64,000 nt of DNA from Euprymna scolopes (lineage: Eukaryota), in assembly GCA_053919585.1 (NCBI GenBank), contig CM132802.1, one strand, 5' to 3'. The notes under the pieces are model-generated. The model was not told the origin of the DNA. It saw only the letters and a list, made by a program, of their open reading frames with translations, and searched no databases. Positions 1 through 12,450 of the stretch are shown piece by piece. The translations under genes and the position numbers were made by a program. The stretch's first letter is position 1. Every line of letters starts with the position of its first letter.

Positions 1-309
1 AGTAAATTTTGTAAAATCACATTTTTTGTAACCTTAATATATTTTTTCAACTTGCAAATAATTATAGATAACACAGAAAAATCTTCATACGAACAGCATA
101 CGTTGCAGCACTATAAAGCATAACTATGTCCCCGAACATTACATTCATATGGTGTTTCTTTAGAAAACGTTAAATAGAGTTCTCTTTCTTTATTTGTATG
201 ACAATGTCTTTCTAAAGCTGTGTGTTATTTACGTTCTCCTATAAACTTAAATCCATATAAAATGTTCAACAATTTTATCATTTTTGTGAGGGTATTTGTA
301 TTCTGTTTA

Positions 310-537
310 ATTTTCTTTTTATTAGATTTTCACCCCAAACAAGGCACACTGCCACTTTGGTGTAGGGGCCTACTATCAGGGGCAACAACTATTGAGTACA
401 GTGTAGGGAGTTGGGCAGCAAGATGTTGGTTCACGCTACACTTGAACTTCTGCATGCCAGTGCAGTTGGGGAAGCAGGGAGCTGGAATTGAATTCCAAAG
501 TCTAGCGGTGCTGGGGAAGAAACTACTGGAGTAAAAA
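310..537 (-). mobile_element. 5'-truncated 3' end of an L2/Crack-like LINE (same group as 1995-3744)
   Basis: The reverse complement aligns to 3518-3744 (end of ORF2 FYSSSFFP..LWN...FP.C..MQKFK..VN.HL, then the 3' UTR). It shares CAAAGTGGCA[C/G]TGTGCCTTGTTTGGGGT and an A-rich tail. Confidence 0.85.
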
Positions 538-1024
538 ATACCTTTTATATCTAAAGATATCTACTGTGTGGGGTGGGATTTAGCTGCCTGTCGGGTCGTG
601 AGTGTTTACGACGTGAGGGCACAAGTGTGTGCAATTCGTTTAAACTTTATATTTATTAACCATTATATCGCTCTTATAAGAAGACACATATCTTTTAAAT
701 ATAAGAGGAATGCGGCATTTTTAATGGTGAAAGTCGACCTAAAATATAATAACATTTCTACTAATTTTTGATTGTAGATATTGTAGCCATTTTTAATAAA
801 ATAAATGATAAAATACTATCAACGTAATAATTACACAAATATTGTTGGTGCTTATGCACGCAGGTTTCCGTGATAATTTTAAATACTATTTTCAAATTAA
901 ATTTAAGTTTTACAATATTTATTCTATTAGATTCTTATCAGACATTATCGAATAATTACAAAATTCATTCGCCTCACTATGATTAGAATGTGTTTCTATA
1001 TAATATCATTTTTATTTCGGCATC

Positions 1025-1056
<32 letters not shown>

Positions 1057-1068
1057 AATATATATATA
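1025..1068. repeat. Imperfect (TA)n microsatellite
   Basis: Directly visible. Confidence 0.9.
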
Positions 1069-1994
1069 AGCGAAAATGTATGTATGTATGTTGTAACATA
1101 AGAGCGTAAGTATTATGTTATTGAACATCTTCGATAAAATTTGAAATAATCGTAAATTCATGAATTTAAATGTAATGCGTATTAATTCCAAGATTAGCTC
1201 GCAACCAGATTTTTGATGAACAAACACTGACTGATAAATACACCCCTTCCTTAGAGCATCTATTATAGAAAACGTAAAGAAATCAGAATAAGTATGTTAG
1301 TTGTGGCTTGATTAGTTAATAAAATTTAAGACAACTTTATGAAATATTCGTGAAAACAAAAACCTCAACATAGGCGGAACACGATCGTTTAGCAGGTAAA
1401 CAGTTTTCCTTGATGCATAACCCTAATTTTTAAATGTAACCCATAAGAATAATTTATTTGATATGTATTTTAAATGAAAGGCTGTTGTAATGAAAAAATC
1501 AAATATTTGTGATAATTAAAAGTAAACAAAAGATAATGTCTTCGTTACAGGGAGAGTTATACATCAGTTAACACCATAAAAATATTTGTTAAATGAATTG
1601 ACATATTTGAATAGTTAATTGTTTGTAAATTAAAAATTATATAGACTTTATTCTAGTTTACTTTTCATACTTGTATTTACTTTCTAAAGAAATTGGAATA
1701 ATAATCTTCCGATGTTTATTATAATGTACATGCATTATTTTATTTTTCTTAAAACCAGGATTCACAAAAGTGACACATATTGCAAGTGACAAGAATACCG
1801 TGCTAAAAACTCAGTGTATTTTCGATGCATTTCATTGTACAGTTGGACTGCCTTAATAAATACAAATTTTGGAAGAAAATACTTATAGTGGTAATTTTTC
1901 TTGGCATTATATTGCATCTTTCTGTAAATGTACTTATTTACAGTTTCAACATCAAGCTACCCTGACAGATGTGTATGTATATGTATTTATGCAT

Positions 1995-3744
1995 GAGGTT
2001 GCTTGCACGGCAACTGACAAGGCTAATCTGCTTGCCAGTCGGTTTGCCTCAAACTCCACACTGAACTCGGTACACCACTCACTCCCTGATTTTCCTCTGC
2101 GAACAGACGCCACACTTGACGATTTGAAAATCACCCCTTCTCAGGTACATGCTATTATAAAAAACCTAGACACCTCAAAAGCATGTGGACCAGATCTCAT
2201 CCGGGCTGTGCTATTAAAAAAATGCTCTGTCGAGGTTGATCCAGTTCTGTCCAAACTTTACAATAAATGCCTTAAGGAATCTTGTTTTCCCGACTGCTGG
2301 AAAACCGCCTCTATGGTACCAGTCTTCAAGAATTCTGGTGAAAGAACTGACCCACTAAATTATCGCCCCATTAGCCTCCTCCCACTTTTCGCCAAAATAT
2401 TTGAGTCCTTAGTTAATCAAGCCCTAGTCCAGCACCTAACAGCTGCTAAACTCCTGACTGACAAACAATATGGATTCAGGCAAGCCCGTTCAACAGCAGA
2501 TATCTTAACTGTAGTTTCTGAACGTATATACCGTTCATTGGATAAAACAGGGCGGTGGCCCTTGATATATCTAAGGCTTTTGACAGAGTATGGCACGATG
2601 GTCTTCTAAGGAAAAGTAGATCATATGGAATCACTGGAAGAATTCATAATGTAATTAAATCCTTCTAAAGTAATAGAAAAATCAAAGTTGTCCTCGGCGG
2701 ACATACATCCAAACAATATGACATAAATGCGGGAGTACCTCAGGGATCTATCCTTGGACCTCTATTGTTCCTGATATTCATAAACGACCTCCCTGATTAT
2801 ATTGTTTCGGATATGGGTATATTTGCCGATGACACCACTCTCTATAACAGATATGAGGGGAAAACAAATGAACACATATCCAAGGAAATGGCAGAAACAC
2901 TAGAGGACGACCTCCAATCCGTAGTGGAATGAGGACAAAAATGGTTGGTCACATTCAATGCTATTAAGACTAAGCTTGTTTCCTTCAATAACTACAAGAA
3001 ACCTTCTCTACCACCAATAGCAATGGACAAGAACACATTGCCTGAAAGTACTTCTTTAAAACTCCTCTGTCTAACGTTTACAGGGAATATGAACTAGAAT
3101 ATATACATTGAGAGCATTGCCAAGGCTGCTACGAGGAAGGTTGGCTCCCTCTACCGTGCTAGAAAACTACTTACGCCTGCCAGTATCCTATACCTCTATA
3201 AGGCAACCATTCGCCCATGTATGGAGTACTGTTGTCACATCTGGGCTGGTGCATCTGCTGCTTGTCTCTCTCTCTCCTGGACAGGTTTCAAAAAATAGTC
3301 GCCAACCTGATAGGACCTGAACTGTCATCTAGGCTTCAACCTCTGTCCCATCGATGAGATGTTGCATCCCTCTGCCTGTTCTACAAATACTTTAATGGAG
3401 AATGCTCTGACGAACTGCAAACACTTGTACCTCCCCGATGTAACTACCCTCGACAAACTCGACCAGCAACTAAGTCTCACCGCTTTACAGTAGAGATCCC
3501 TAGGTGCAAGAGAGCCTTTTACTCCAATAGTTTCTTCCCCAGAACTGCGGGTCTTTGGAACTCCCTTCCGGGATTCTGCTTTCCCAACTGCAATGATATG
3601 CAGAAGTTCAAGTGTAATGTTAACAAACATCTTTCTACTCTTCTCCCTTCATAATGCCCCCGCTAATTAATTCCCTAATAGTATCCCCCTGCTTCAAAGT
3701 GGCACTGTGCCTTGTTTGGGGTTAAAATTGAATAATAAAAAAAA
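1995..3744 (+). mobile_element. 5'-truncated non-LTR retrotransposon (L2/Crack-like, Jockey group); RT pseudogene
   Basis: Motifs KACGPD, NYRPISLL, QYGFR..RST, GVPQGSILGPLLFLIFINDL (~2730-2790), IFADD (~2820) and RPCMEYCCHIW (~3210). Frameshift near 2550 and in-frame stops (~2667, ~2930). Ends in AATAATAAAAAAAA. Confidence 0.93.
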
Positions 3745-5199
3745 TATGATAACATTTCATGTTCGCATCCATATTAACAATATGTAAGACCACTTTGTAC
3801 AATATTGAAGATACACTTGCTCCAAGTAATTTTTCAAATATAATATATCCGGTGTTTTGTGTCTACCTTATAGTTTACATTTAAATACCATTTTTTCGAC
3901 ATTTGTCTATAATGAATAAGTAGTAAAACTTCTCTCGAAAATTTGTATAATAATGTCGTAGTGTATTTGTTTGTGCAAGGTGTCTGTGAAATAGAAATAT
4001 GTTACAAACACATGCAGCTTTATGGTTGTTGGTATTTATTTGTCAATATATATTACTATTGAATCAACTAGACAAATTAGATATATGCGGTTCAGTTTTA
4101 CCACAATTGCTGAATATAGATATTTCTAAGGAGAGCAGAACTATTCCACAGATGAAGCATATAACTGTCATTATATCCGGTCGCGCTATAAGGAATAGAA
4201 ATGGTAACGTTTTGTCTATGCTTAAAGTTTATCAAAATCTACTTCCAGCCATTCAATAAAAACGTCAACATTATTCAATTTTCAAAAAGTGATTTTATAA
4301 CCCCTTTACACACATCATTGAACATATTCATAGATATATACCTACTATTGAATATTATGAAATGTTAAAAACAATATTAAATATAATACGATGTTATATT
4401 TTGGACACAAAAAAACAATCTTACTCAGAAAACACGAGTTAATGAAATTTTTCTATCAGTGAATAAGTGAGGCATATAAATTAATTTATATGAATTAATA
4501 TGCATTTCTATTTATATTGAAAGCGAATCCCGAATATGCAACGAAAAAGTGAGGAAACTATCTCAATACTTTTATACTTCTTTGCAAACTAATGTTTGGA
4601 AATTCCATGTTTTTCCATGTGTAATAGTAATTCCTCCAGACTCTTTAATAGGATTATTTATTAGGGGCATGCCATTTAAAAAAAAATGTATTTGGCTTTT
4701 TTTATACAACAACAAAAGGGTCGTTGCGATTTGAATCCCTGTATTAATACGGTAAACATTAACAACATAATTTCAAGCGTGGATATTTCCATTAAATAAA
4801 TATATATTTCTAAAATCTTAAAAAGTTATTTGTCATAAATACATATATTTTGAAGGCGGAAGTAAGAAATTATCTAAAAGTAACGGGTGTTTAATTCGGA
4901 AATGATATCTTACGTTTGTGTAGTTAAGGGTTTTAGATTCAAAAACACATCTGCTGCCTTTTTTACATTTGATATAGAAAATTAAAGCGTAATGGATTTT
5001 GTGGCAAACCATGGAGACAAAGAATGAAATAGAGGAAAATGTAAATGAACGAAAAACCAAAATAAGTGAAACATTTGAAAACGTGGAAATTTGGTGTGTC
5101 ATATAGGGTTTGTAAAAGTAAAACTTATAACATCGGAACTTTTTACATGGTGGAAGCTATTTCCTCGATCATTTTTTGTCATCAAACGCATGCTTCTAT

Positions 5200-6450
5200 T
5201 TTACTGGTAGATGTTTAATGAGAGATTATTAAAAATGCTGCTGATTTCCCTTCAAGTTTGGCTGTATTTGTGTTCATTTAATCTAGCCTATAAACACCGC
5301 TTTTCTCCACCTTTCGTAGAAAACACGTGAGACATATAAGTCTTCTTCTTCTTCTTCTTCTTCTTCTTCTGCTTTCGAATCGCTTGTAATAATGTGAACA
5401 CCCTCTGCGTTTTTTAGGTGAAATTGTTTGTGTCATAACTACTAGACTCGCACTTCATATAATGATGAAGCATAGCGTGTTCGGTATATTTTAATTTACG
5501 CCGATTGCTTCTTTGCGGTGTCGGTCTCTAGTGAAAGAATCATCAAACGATGTTATCTGTATATATACTCATTGCCTGTATACCTCGTTGTCACAGAAAT
5601 TTAACTCGCATTCTTCGTAGGCATATGCGAACAAACTGACGGCAAGTCTGCCACATTTCTAGTTGATAATGTTTCAAATGGTGTTGCATTTCGTCGATAT
5701 GCTCTGTGTATTAGTTATTACGTCCATACGCCCGACATCATACTTCATTGTGCACCGTAAATGTGGAGCTTTTGCAGATTCCTGATAACCCGCTCTGAAG
5801 ACAATGAGCTGTTGATTGTTTGTCGGCGCTGATGCTCTATTACATCGTTTTAGCAGTATGTGCTGCCGATAGATTCTATTAGCAGATTCTTTAGTGATGC
5901 GCATGTTATAATTTGGCATTACGTTGTACCAATAAATGCATGTCGGTAGAGTACATCGGTCTCTGGCGGCGATCAATTTTACAGTTCTGTAACATTGTTT
6001 GATCATGCGGTTAACAAACGGTTATATGAACAGCGGGATAGAAATCTAATTTCTCCCGTATCTAGAAAGGATTTAAACAAGTTTCTATGAAAGTTGATTG
6101 ATTACACTTTTCGCATCTCCTCGAAGAAGGGGTCGCCAGATAACAAACCGATACACACCGGAGTTAATCAATGTCAAAAAATGAATATAATCGATATGTG
6201 CAATATTGATCGTTTTAAGGTGCAATGTTTGTTTAACATTTAAAGTTCTATTAGGCTAATACATGGGTGAACGATGGATCGAGTCACATTCTTCACGTTC
6301 TCTGACAAGGCTTTTCACAGTGGCGCTAGAAAAACAATGCCCAATCTCTGTCACAAATTTGAGCGTCCGACTTACATGAGGATTATCGCTACGATACATC
6401 TGATTCGATTATGGCTTCGAAATAATCATAAGCCTCATTTGCACACTATT
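5200..6450 (-). pseudogene. Highly degenerate piggyBac-like transposase relic
   Basis: ORF 5674-6006 has collinear echoes of piggyBac motifs: MPNYNMRITKES (~P..N+CIDES), RIYRQHILLKR (~FRQYIP.KR), AGY, DVGRMDVITN (~GR.L.TDNYYTS). Downstream frames give MILS (~V.MLST) and AMLHHY (~KP.AI.DYN). No TTAA-bounded TIRs identified. Confidence 0.45.
5341..5370. repeat. (CTT)n microsatellite
   Basis: Directly visible. Confidence 0.9.
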
Positions 6451-6699
6451 CCGCGGAAAATAAAACATATTACCTAATAAGGCATCTCTGATTTAGTCGT
6501 TGATAGCCTTCTTCATAAATTGTCGTTTTAGGCAGGTAACCCAACATAACCCGACGATGATGTTTAGCGAGCTAGTGTTTCACGCGTGTGGTTGTGAGTG
6601 TACACTTATACTACTAAATACTTCTTGTATTATGCAATCAAATACACATTTTTAAGTAATCTACAACCAACTTCTCCATATTATGTAAATTAGTATTAA

Positions 6700-6965
6700 T
6701 GGATATAAAATGGAATATGTCCATAGACAGATGCGCATATATTATAATTAAGCGCAATATGATGCTGATCAGGAAGTATTCAAACTCAAGAAAAATACAT
6801 TTGTGTTCATGTTATAAAATATTTGCATGGTACATTATTCAAATTAGGTGTGTGTTCTATTCTTATTACATAGGGATATTTTATCTTTATAGAAGGTAAG
6901 AAAATAAACGCATTTAGGTGAAGTCATGGTTTAACATTAACAAAAAAATCATTTGATCATCACTG
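6700..6965 (+). mobile_element. Possible old right-arm relic of the same Tc1 IR/DR family
   Basis: TGATCATCACTGT at 6954-6966 matches the Tc1 terminus at 10242-10254. GCGCAAT at ~6752 lies ~213 bp upstream, like GCGCCAAT ~209 bp before 10253. Confidence 0.3.
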
Positions 6966-8019
6966 TGTGTTGTAATGCAATTGTTTTTTAAGGTCGATAC
7001 ATTTTTCTACTTAGAATGTTTTTCAGTCAGGATACACAATCCTATAAATATTGATTTCTCTCAAGATATAAAAGTATCGATTTTCGTCACATGAAAAAAT
7101 ACACGCCAACAAAAGTTTTCTTATAAACTTTTAATATTTCAATAATTTCAAACTATGGTATAGCATTGTTAATCGTTCATCATGCAATCTTATTATTTTA
7201 TTCTCACATAGCTGTCGTTGTGAAAATAATAATTCATTAGCAAAATCTGAAATAAGTGTTAAGTGTTGATTTGATAAAACTATGCATTCTATTTAACATG
7301 CTGATAGAAGTTAATAGTAGAATACATAAACTTTAGGTAATTATAAAGCTTTACCCTTTGACTAAGATGCAGTGTCTGCTAGTAGCCAGATTACATTCTT
7401 AAAATCTTCCACGAATATGGCAATTTGTATTCATGACCGAATCCCTTTTAAAGTTATATTTCTCAAAAAAATATACGATATCCTCAATGACACAGTTTCG
7501 TAGAATAAATGGAAAAACTAATGATACTAGACAAAATAATAAAAAAAACGGCGATACGTTCAACCAGGAACTTAGTGACTACTAGAAAAAGAATATTTGT
7601 GGATGGGTCACAGCGAACAAGATTATCAAATGGCTTTTTAATTATAGTGTTTATTTTTCTTCGGGTATAAAGAGACTGAAAAACCCATAGCGATGTATTT
7701 TCGGCTATCATATAACTCGTAATCTTATTTGCAAAAATCGATCATTACAAGAAGCACACTTGTGTCGATAGTCTTGCGAACTGAAATAAATCAAAGCATA
7801 CTAATCTAATAAGTGCATCAGTAGATGTACGAATTCTATCAGGATAACGGTGCAAATATGTAAAAGCAGACGCTTTGTCGCATACAACACACAAAAACAC
7901 ATATATATGTATGGTATGTGTGTATTTGCAAAGAAAATCGGCACACGTTTGTTATAATTAATATTAACAATCAATTCTCATAAAAGAAAATACACAAGAA
8001 TATATACACATTGTACTCT

Positions 8020-8021
<2 letters not shown>

Positions 8022-8063
<42 letters not shown>

Positions 8064-8135
8064 ATATATATATGCACACACACTCACACCACATATTAAT
8101 ATATCTACATATATACACACCCACACACACACATC

Positions 8136-8188
<53 letters not shown>
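8022..8188. repeat. Compound (TA)n/(CA)n microsatellite
   Basis: Directly visible; explains the YI/HT/VC-repeat ORFs. Confidence 0.95.
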
Positions 8189-8190
<2 letters not shown>

Positions 8191-8467
8191 TACTCTTCGC
8201 TCGATTTTGACGTATGGCCTCTCTTCACAAAAATTAAGTTGTTCGGAAACGCACACAGATATTTTCTTATAGTGTACACAGTTTTGTATAGAACTGCCCT
8301 CATGTTTTGTATTATGCTTACCTTTGTCGGTGCAGAGTACTGCCACAATACGGTGTATACAGTACGCCGTCGAACATACAGCGCCTAGCCTTTCTAAATT
8401 GCAATCCATCTGGTAGTGCTCACCTTCAATGCTTCTGTTTCAATTAAGTGATCTAGCGAGAACACGT

Positions 8468-8638
8468 NNNNNNNNNNNNNNNNNNNNNNNNNNNNNNNNN
8501 NNNNNNNNNNNNNNNNNNNNNNNNNNNNNNNNNNNNNNNNNNNNNNNNNNNNNNNNNNNNNNNNNNNNNNNNNNNNNNNNNNNNNNNNNNNNNNNNNNNN
8601 NNNNNNNNNNNNNNNNNNNNNNNNNNNNNNNNNNNNNN
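8468..8638. other. Assembly gap (N run). Other gaps: 37191-37337, 42948-43075, 61752-61933, 62032-62187
   Basis: Runs of n. Confidence 1.
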
Positions 8639-8829
8639 GCACGGTAAAATAAAAGTTAACTTTTGTCTAATAAATTCTAAAAAAGGGATTAAATTAAAGA
8701 AAATAACAAAGTATATTATGTATTTTTAACAGGCCTTTCCAATGCAGCAATCGGATTTTAGAAAAAATAAATAACAAAGGAACAACAAACATAATTGCAA
8801 AAAAACCCTTGTTCAAAATTATTGGCACG
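8639..8829 (+). repeat. Left TIR of Tc1 (truncated by gap)
   Basis: Reverse complement of 10043-10232 with scattered mismatches. Confidence 0.92.
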
Positions 8830-9013
8830 GGGTTGTTTTTCTTTTAGTATCAGTATAATATCAATCAATTTCCGGTTTACGTGCTTTCTGAACTTTTTTA
8901 TAGCCATATTATGCTTGTTTAACGCTAATTCAGTGAATATTTTTTTCAGATAATTTTTAGATAGCGATTTATTTAAACTATTATAAGTGACTAAATTATA
9001 ATTTTCAATCGCC

Positions 9014-10036
9014 ATGGTTAAAACTAAGGAACACAGCGAAGACGTCAGGAAGCTTGTTGTAGCATGCCATACCAATGGGGAGGGCTATGATAAGATTTCA
9101 AAGAAGCTAAACTTTCCCAAATCCACTGTTAGAGCCATAATAAACAAGTTCAAATCGCAAGGCCACGTTATGAGTTTAGAGGGTAGAGGGAGAAAAAGGA
9201 TTCTTTCCCCAAGAGATGAACGGAAAATTGTTCGACAAGTAAAACAAAACCCAAGGATCTCTGTTGGGGAGATTGTTGATGAACAGAGCACCTCTTGAGT
9301 GAATGTATCTCGACATACAGTTGGTAGAGTTTTGAAGAGAGCTGGTTTAAAAGCATGTCGTCCGAGAAAGACTCCCTTATTGAAGCCTATGAACCTGAAA
9401 GCAAGGCTAGCCTTTGCAAAACGTCATATTGATAAAGATGTTGCATTCTGGAAACGTGTTCTATGGACTGACGAAACGAAAATAGAGTTATTTGGCCATA
9501 ATAAAGTGTCTTATATTTACAGAAAATCTGGCGAAGCTTTCCTGCCTAAGAACACCATATCCACAGTGAAGCACGGTGGAGGCAGTTTGATGTTTTGGGG
9601 ATCCTTTGCTGCCTCTGGACCAGGGCGACTTGTTAAGGTCACAGGTAGCATAAAAAAGGAAGATTATGTTAAAATATTGGATGAAAACCTGAAAGACTCT
9701 GCTAAAGAGCTCTCACTTGGTCGTCGTTGGTGGTTCATGCAAGATAATGACCCAAAGCATTCGGCTAAACTGACTAAGAAATGGCTTGAGGACAATCATA
9801 TTAATGTTTTGGAGTGGCCATCACAAAGCCCAGACCTTAATCCAATTGAAAATTTATGGAGAACATTAAAATTGAGGGTAATGCAAAGGAAGCCTAAGTA
9901 TCTTATTCAATTGGAGGAGTATTGTCAGGAAGAGTGGGCTAAAATTACTACTGAAGAGTGCAACAACTTGGTTGTAAACTATGAAAAGCGATTGAGGAAG
10001 GTAATCAAGGCCAAAGGCTATACAATTGATTATTAA
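9014..10036 (+). pseudogene. Tc1 transposase (340 codons) with a single premature TGA at 9296-9298
   Basis: ORFs 9014-9298 and 9299-10036 are contiguous in one frame. HTH N-terminus, GRKR, WTDETK, VKHGGG, QDND-x-SPDLNPIE with 34 residues between the second D and the E. Confidence 0.95.
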
Positions 10037-10042
10037 ATAAAT

Positions 10043-10250
10043 CGCGCCAATAATTTTGAACAAGGTTTTTTTGCAATTATGTTTGTTGTTCCTTTGTTAT
10101 TTATTTTTTCTAAAATCCGATTGCTGCATCGGAAAGGCCAGTTAAAAATACATAATATACTTTGTTATGTTCTTTAATTTAATCCAGTTTTTAGAGTTTA
10201 TTAGACAAAATTTAACTTTTATTTTACCGTGCCAATAAATATGATCATCA

Positions 10251-10253
<3 letters not shown>
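10043..10253 (-). repeat. Right TIR of Tc1 with inner and outer direct repeats (GCCAATAATTTTGA / GCCAATAAATATGA)
   Basis: Directly visible; the terminus reads CAGTG on the minus strand, flanked by TA. Confidence 0.92.

Positions 10254-10315
<62 letters not shown>
10254..10315. repeat. (TA)n microsatellite (Tc1 target site)
   Basis: Directly visible. Confidence 0.95.
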
Positions 10316-10318
<3 letters not shown>

Positions 10319-10599
10319 CTCAGAATGCTAGAGATGATATAAGTATCTCCTACAATTAAACAATGTTGCAAAACATATTAGCCATGAAGATCATAGACCG
10401 GAAGTCAAAGATATGTTAGGTTATTACTTGAACCCACCCGAATTCGAAATAGGAAAATCGAATGGCCTGTGTCCGAGGTGCGCACACTACTTCCTAATCA
10501 ATCTTCCCCCACAAAAGAAAGTATATTAGTCAACACAGATCAGGCAAACCGCGATTAAATCGGACTACGAATTGTACCTATTCAAATACCGGCTGTAAT

Positions 10600-11165
10600 T
10601 CTCCCAACCAATACGAACAAAATCGATATCTCAAAGGTGAAATTTTTACATTCCTAAGAAAGTATTTCTTAAACGAACTTACCTAGCGATTGAATCAAAA
10701 GATAATTTTCAGAATGTGAAAAACTATACAGTTATTTCTCACAACAAAACAATAACGCTACTCAAATAAACCATGAAAGTCAACTAACCTCGTGTCTATG
10801 ACGCAAGTGTTTACCCTCATTTAGGCTTGCAACTGAAACACATTTAAGCTTCTGATTAGAACTTGAATATATAGTATGTGAGGCGAGCGCCATCCACCTG
10901 AGCAAGTGCGCCACGTACAAGAACATTCTAGTATCTAATCAGCCCAAGCAAACCGTGGCAAAATCTGGCTATGGAATGCACCTACTTCTTCTCAAAGAAG
11001 AGGTGTTTTCATAAAACCATTGAGAACACAAGCGGATATGTTCACACTTTTAAGGAGTAGTCATTAAAAAAGCTAACCTTGCGAGCAGATTATTATTAGA
11101 ATTTTCCGATTATTATTAAAACTTATAGGCATGATTATATTATTTCAACAATCCAAAACGTCGCT
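10600..11165 (+). mobile_element. Degenerate Penelope-like element 3' part (RT tail + GIY-YIG remnant)
   Basis: Fragmentary translations: IPKKVFLKRTYLAIES (~K.+FLKLPY+G..S), EYIVC...RHVQEH (~YIG.T.R.L..R..EH), KSGYGMHLL (~SA+..HL), FIKPLRTQ (~KP.LN.Q). CCAAAACGTCG at ~11153-11163 resembles the GAAACGTCG pLTR/hammerhead motif. Confidence 0.45.
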
Positions 11166-11231
11166 GATCATATAATCCCTGAAAACCAATAAACCGAAAA
11201 TTCAATACACACACACATACCCCCAGCCCCT

Positions 11232-11233
<2 letters not shown>

Positions 11234-11306
<73 letters not shown>
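11234..11306. repeat. (TA)n microsatellite
   Basis: Directly visible. Confidence 0.95.
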
Positions 11307-11308
<2 letters not shown>

Positions 11309-12371
11309 GGTAGACGCCTGGTCAACACGCTTACATTCGTGCTTATTTCGAATATATTAAGTTTTATAGCGAATTCTGTATCGATAATAAAAGTGTACGC
11401 AGTAAATAGGAAATATTTCTTAAGATAAAATGTAAACCCATAGGAATCTGCCAGATATAAACGAAAGAAAATCATACACATCTTTATCGTTATTAATTAT
11501 CAGCTAATCCAAATGCAAACATAGTTAAACGTTAAACTTACGCTAGCCAAATTCATATTTTAGACTGAATAACTTGCTAAAGACTAGGCGAATAATAATA
11601 GTCTATAAAATCGGCGCGAATATATATTTACGTATATTTGTGATTGTCAAATTTTGTTACATTATTCGAGTGTGCACACTTGCTATTTTTTTTTTTCAAT
11701 TCATCTTTGAGCACGTCTACTATTTATTTACCGGCCGGCTTTCTGAATGCGTTTTCGCATATAGAATTAACTCGAATTAATATAGTTTATAAACGGACAA
11801 CAACATGATACGCGGCTGTCATTTAAATGAAAGTAATGCTAAAATTTCCTTGTCGCGGTACATGAGACAAATACACATACCCTCTTCCATTACTTTTCTT
11901 CTCTTTCATAGTTACTTCACTGGCGACACGTTGCAAAAAATGAGTCTTTTCACCAAAGGAATTCATACAATAAAGTTATATTTTCTTTATAACATATTTA
12001 TTAACATTTGATGGATCCATCAGAGTAGGCTCGCTTATTTCTGTAGAGACTTACAGTGTTTCTAGCCCGCCAATTAAAACGCTCCAATGACGGACGGCCA
12101 ATCTCTAACTTCCTCTTCTGGGGGCAGCTCACACTTCCCTAACCAACACTGACTCTCTGTATGTCGTTTATCTTTGTCATTCCCCGCTTTACATTTGACG
12201 ACCCGCACTGAATTGGTACTCCAATTATTCATCACCCTTAGCACGTATTTTACTGGCTAAAACACACTCAGATTGGGTACATAGGTCTTAATTCCATACA
12301 TTAAATTTGAAGTCAGAAGACTGAAAATTTACAAGGTGATTTAGAAGTAACCGCTCTGAACAAACACACCG

Positions 12372-12373
<2 letters not shown>

Positions 12374-12436
<63 letters not shown>

Positions 12437-12450
12437 GTATATGTATATAT
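12374..12450. repeat. (TA)n microsatellite
   Basis: Directly visible. Confidence 0.95.

Larger units (their letters stand above)
8639..10253 (+). mobile_element. Tc1-family DNA transposon with long IR/DR-type terminal inverted repeats
   Basis: ~190 bp of the left TIR (8639-8829, tip lost in the N gap) is the near-exact reverse complement of 10043-10232. The right end is ...CATCACTG followed by TA. Central DD34E transposase. Confidence 0.96.

Noticed and set aside
1869-2609. 246-aa ORF as an intact host gene
   Set aside because: It is a LINE RT fragment. The N-terminal ~40 aa are read-through of flanking DNA and the C-terminus is frameshifted.
3999-4259. 86-aa ORF with a hydrophobic N-terminus as a secreted protein
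   Set aside because: No recognisable domain or supporting splice or promoter context; expected by chance in AT-rich DNA.
7971-8272. ORFs rich in YI, HT and VC repeats (also 1024-1227, 11140-11481, 42664-43488, 43676-44002)
   Set aside because: Translations of microsatellites or N gaps.
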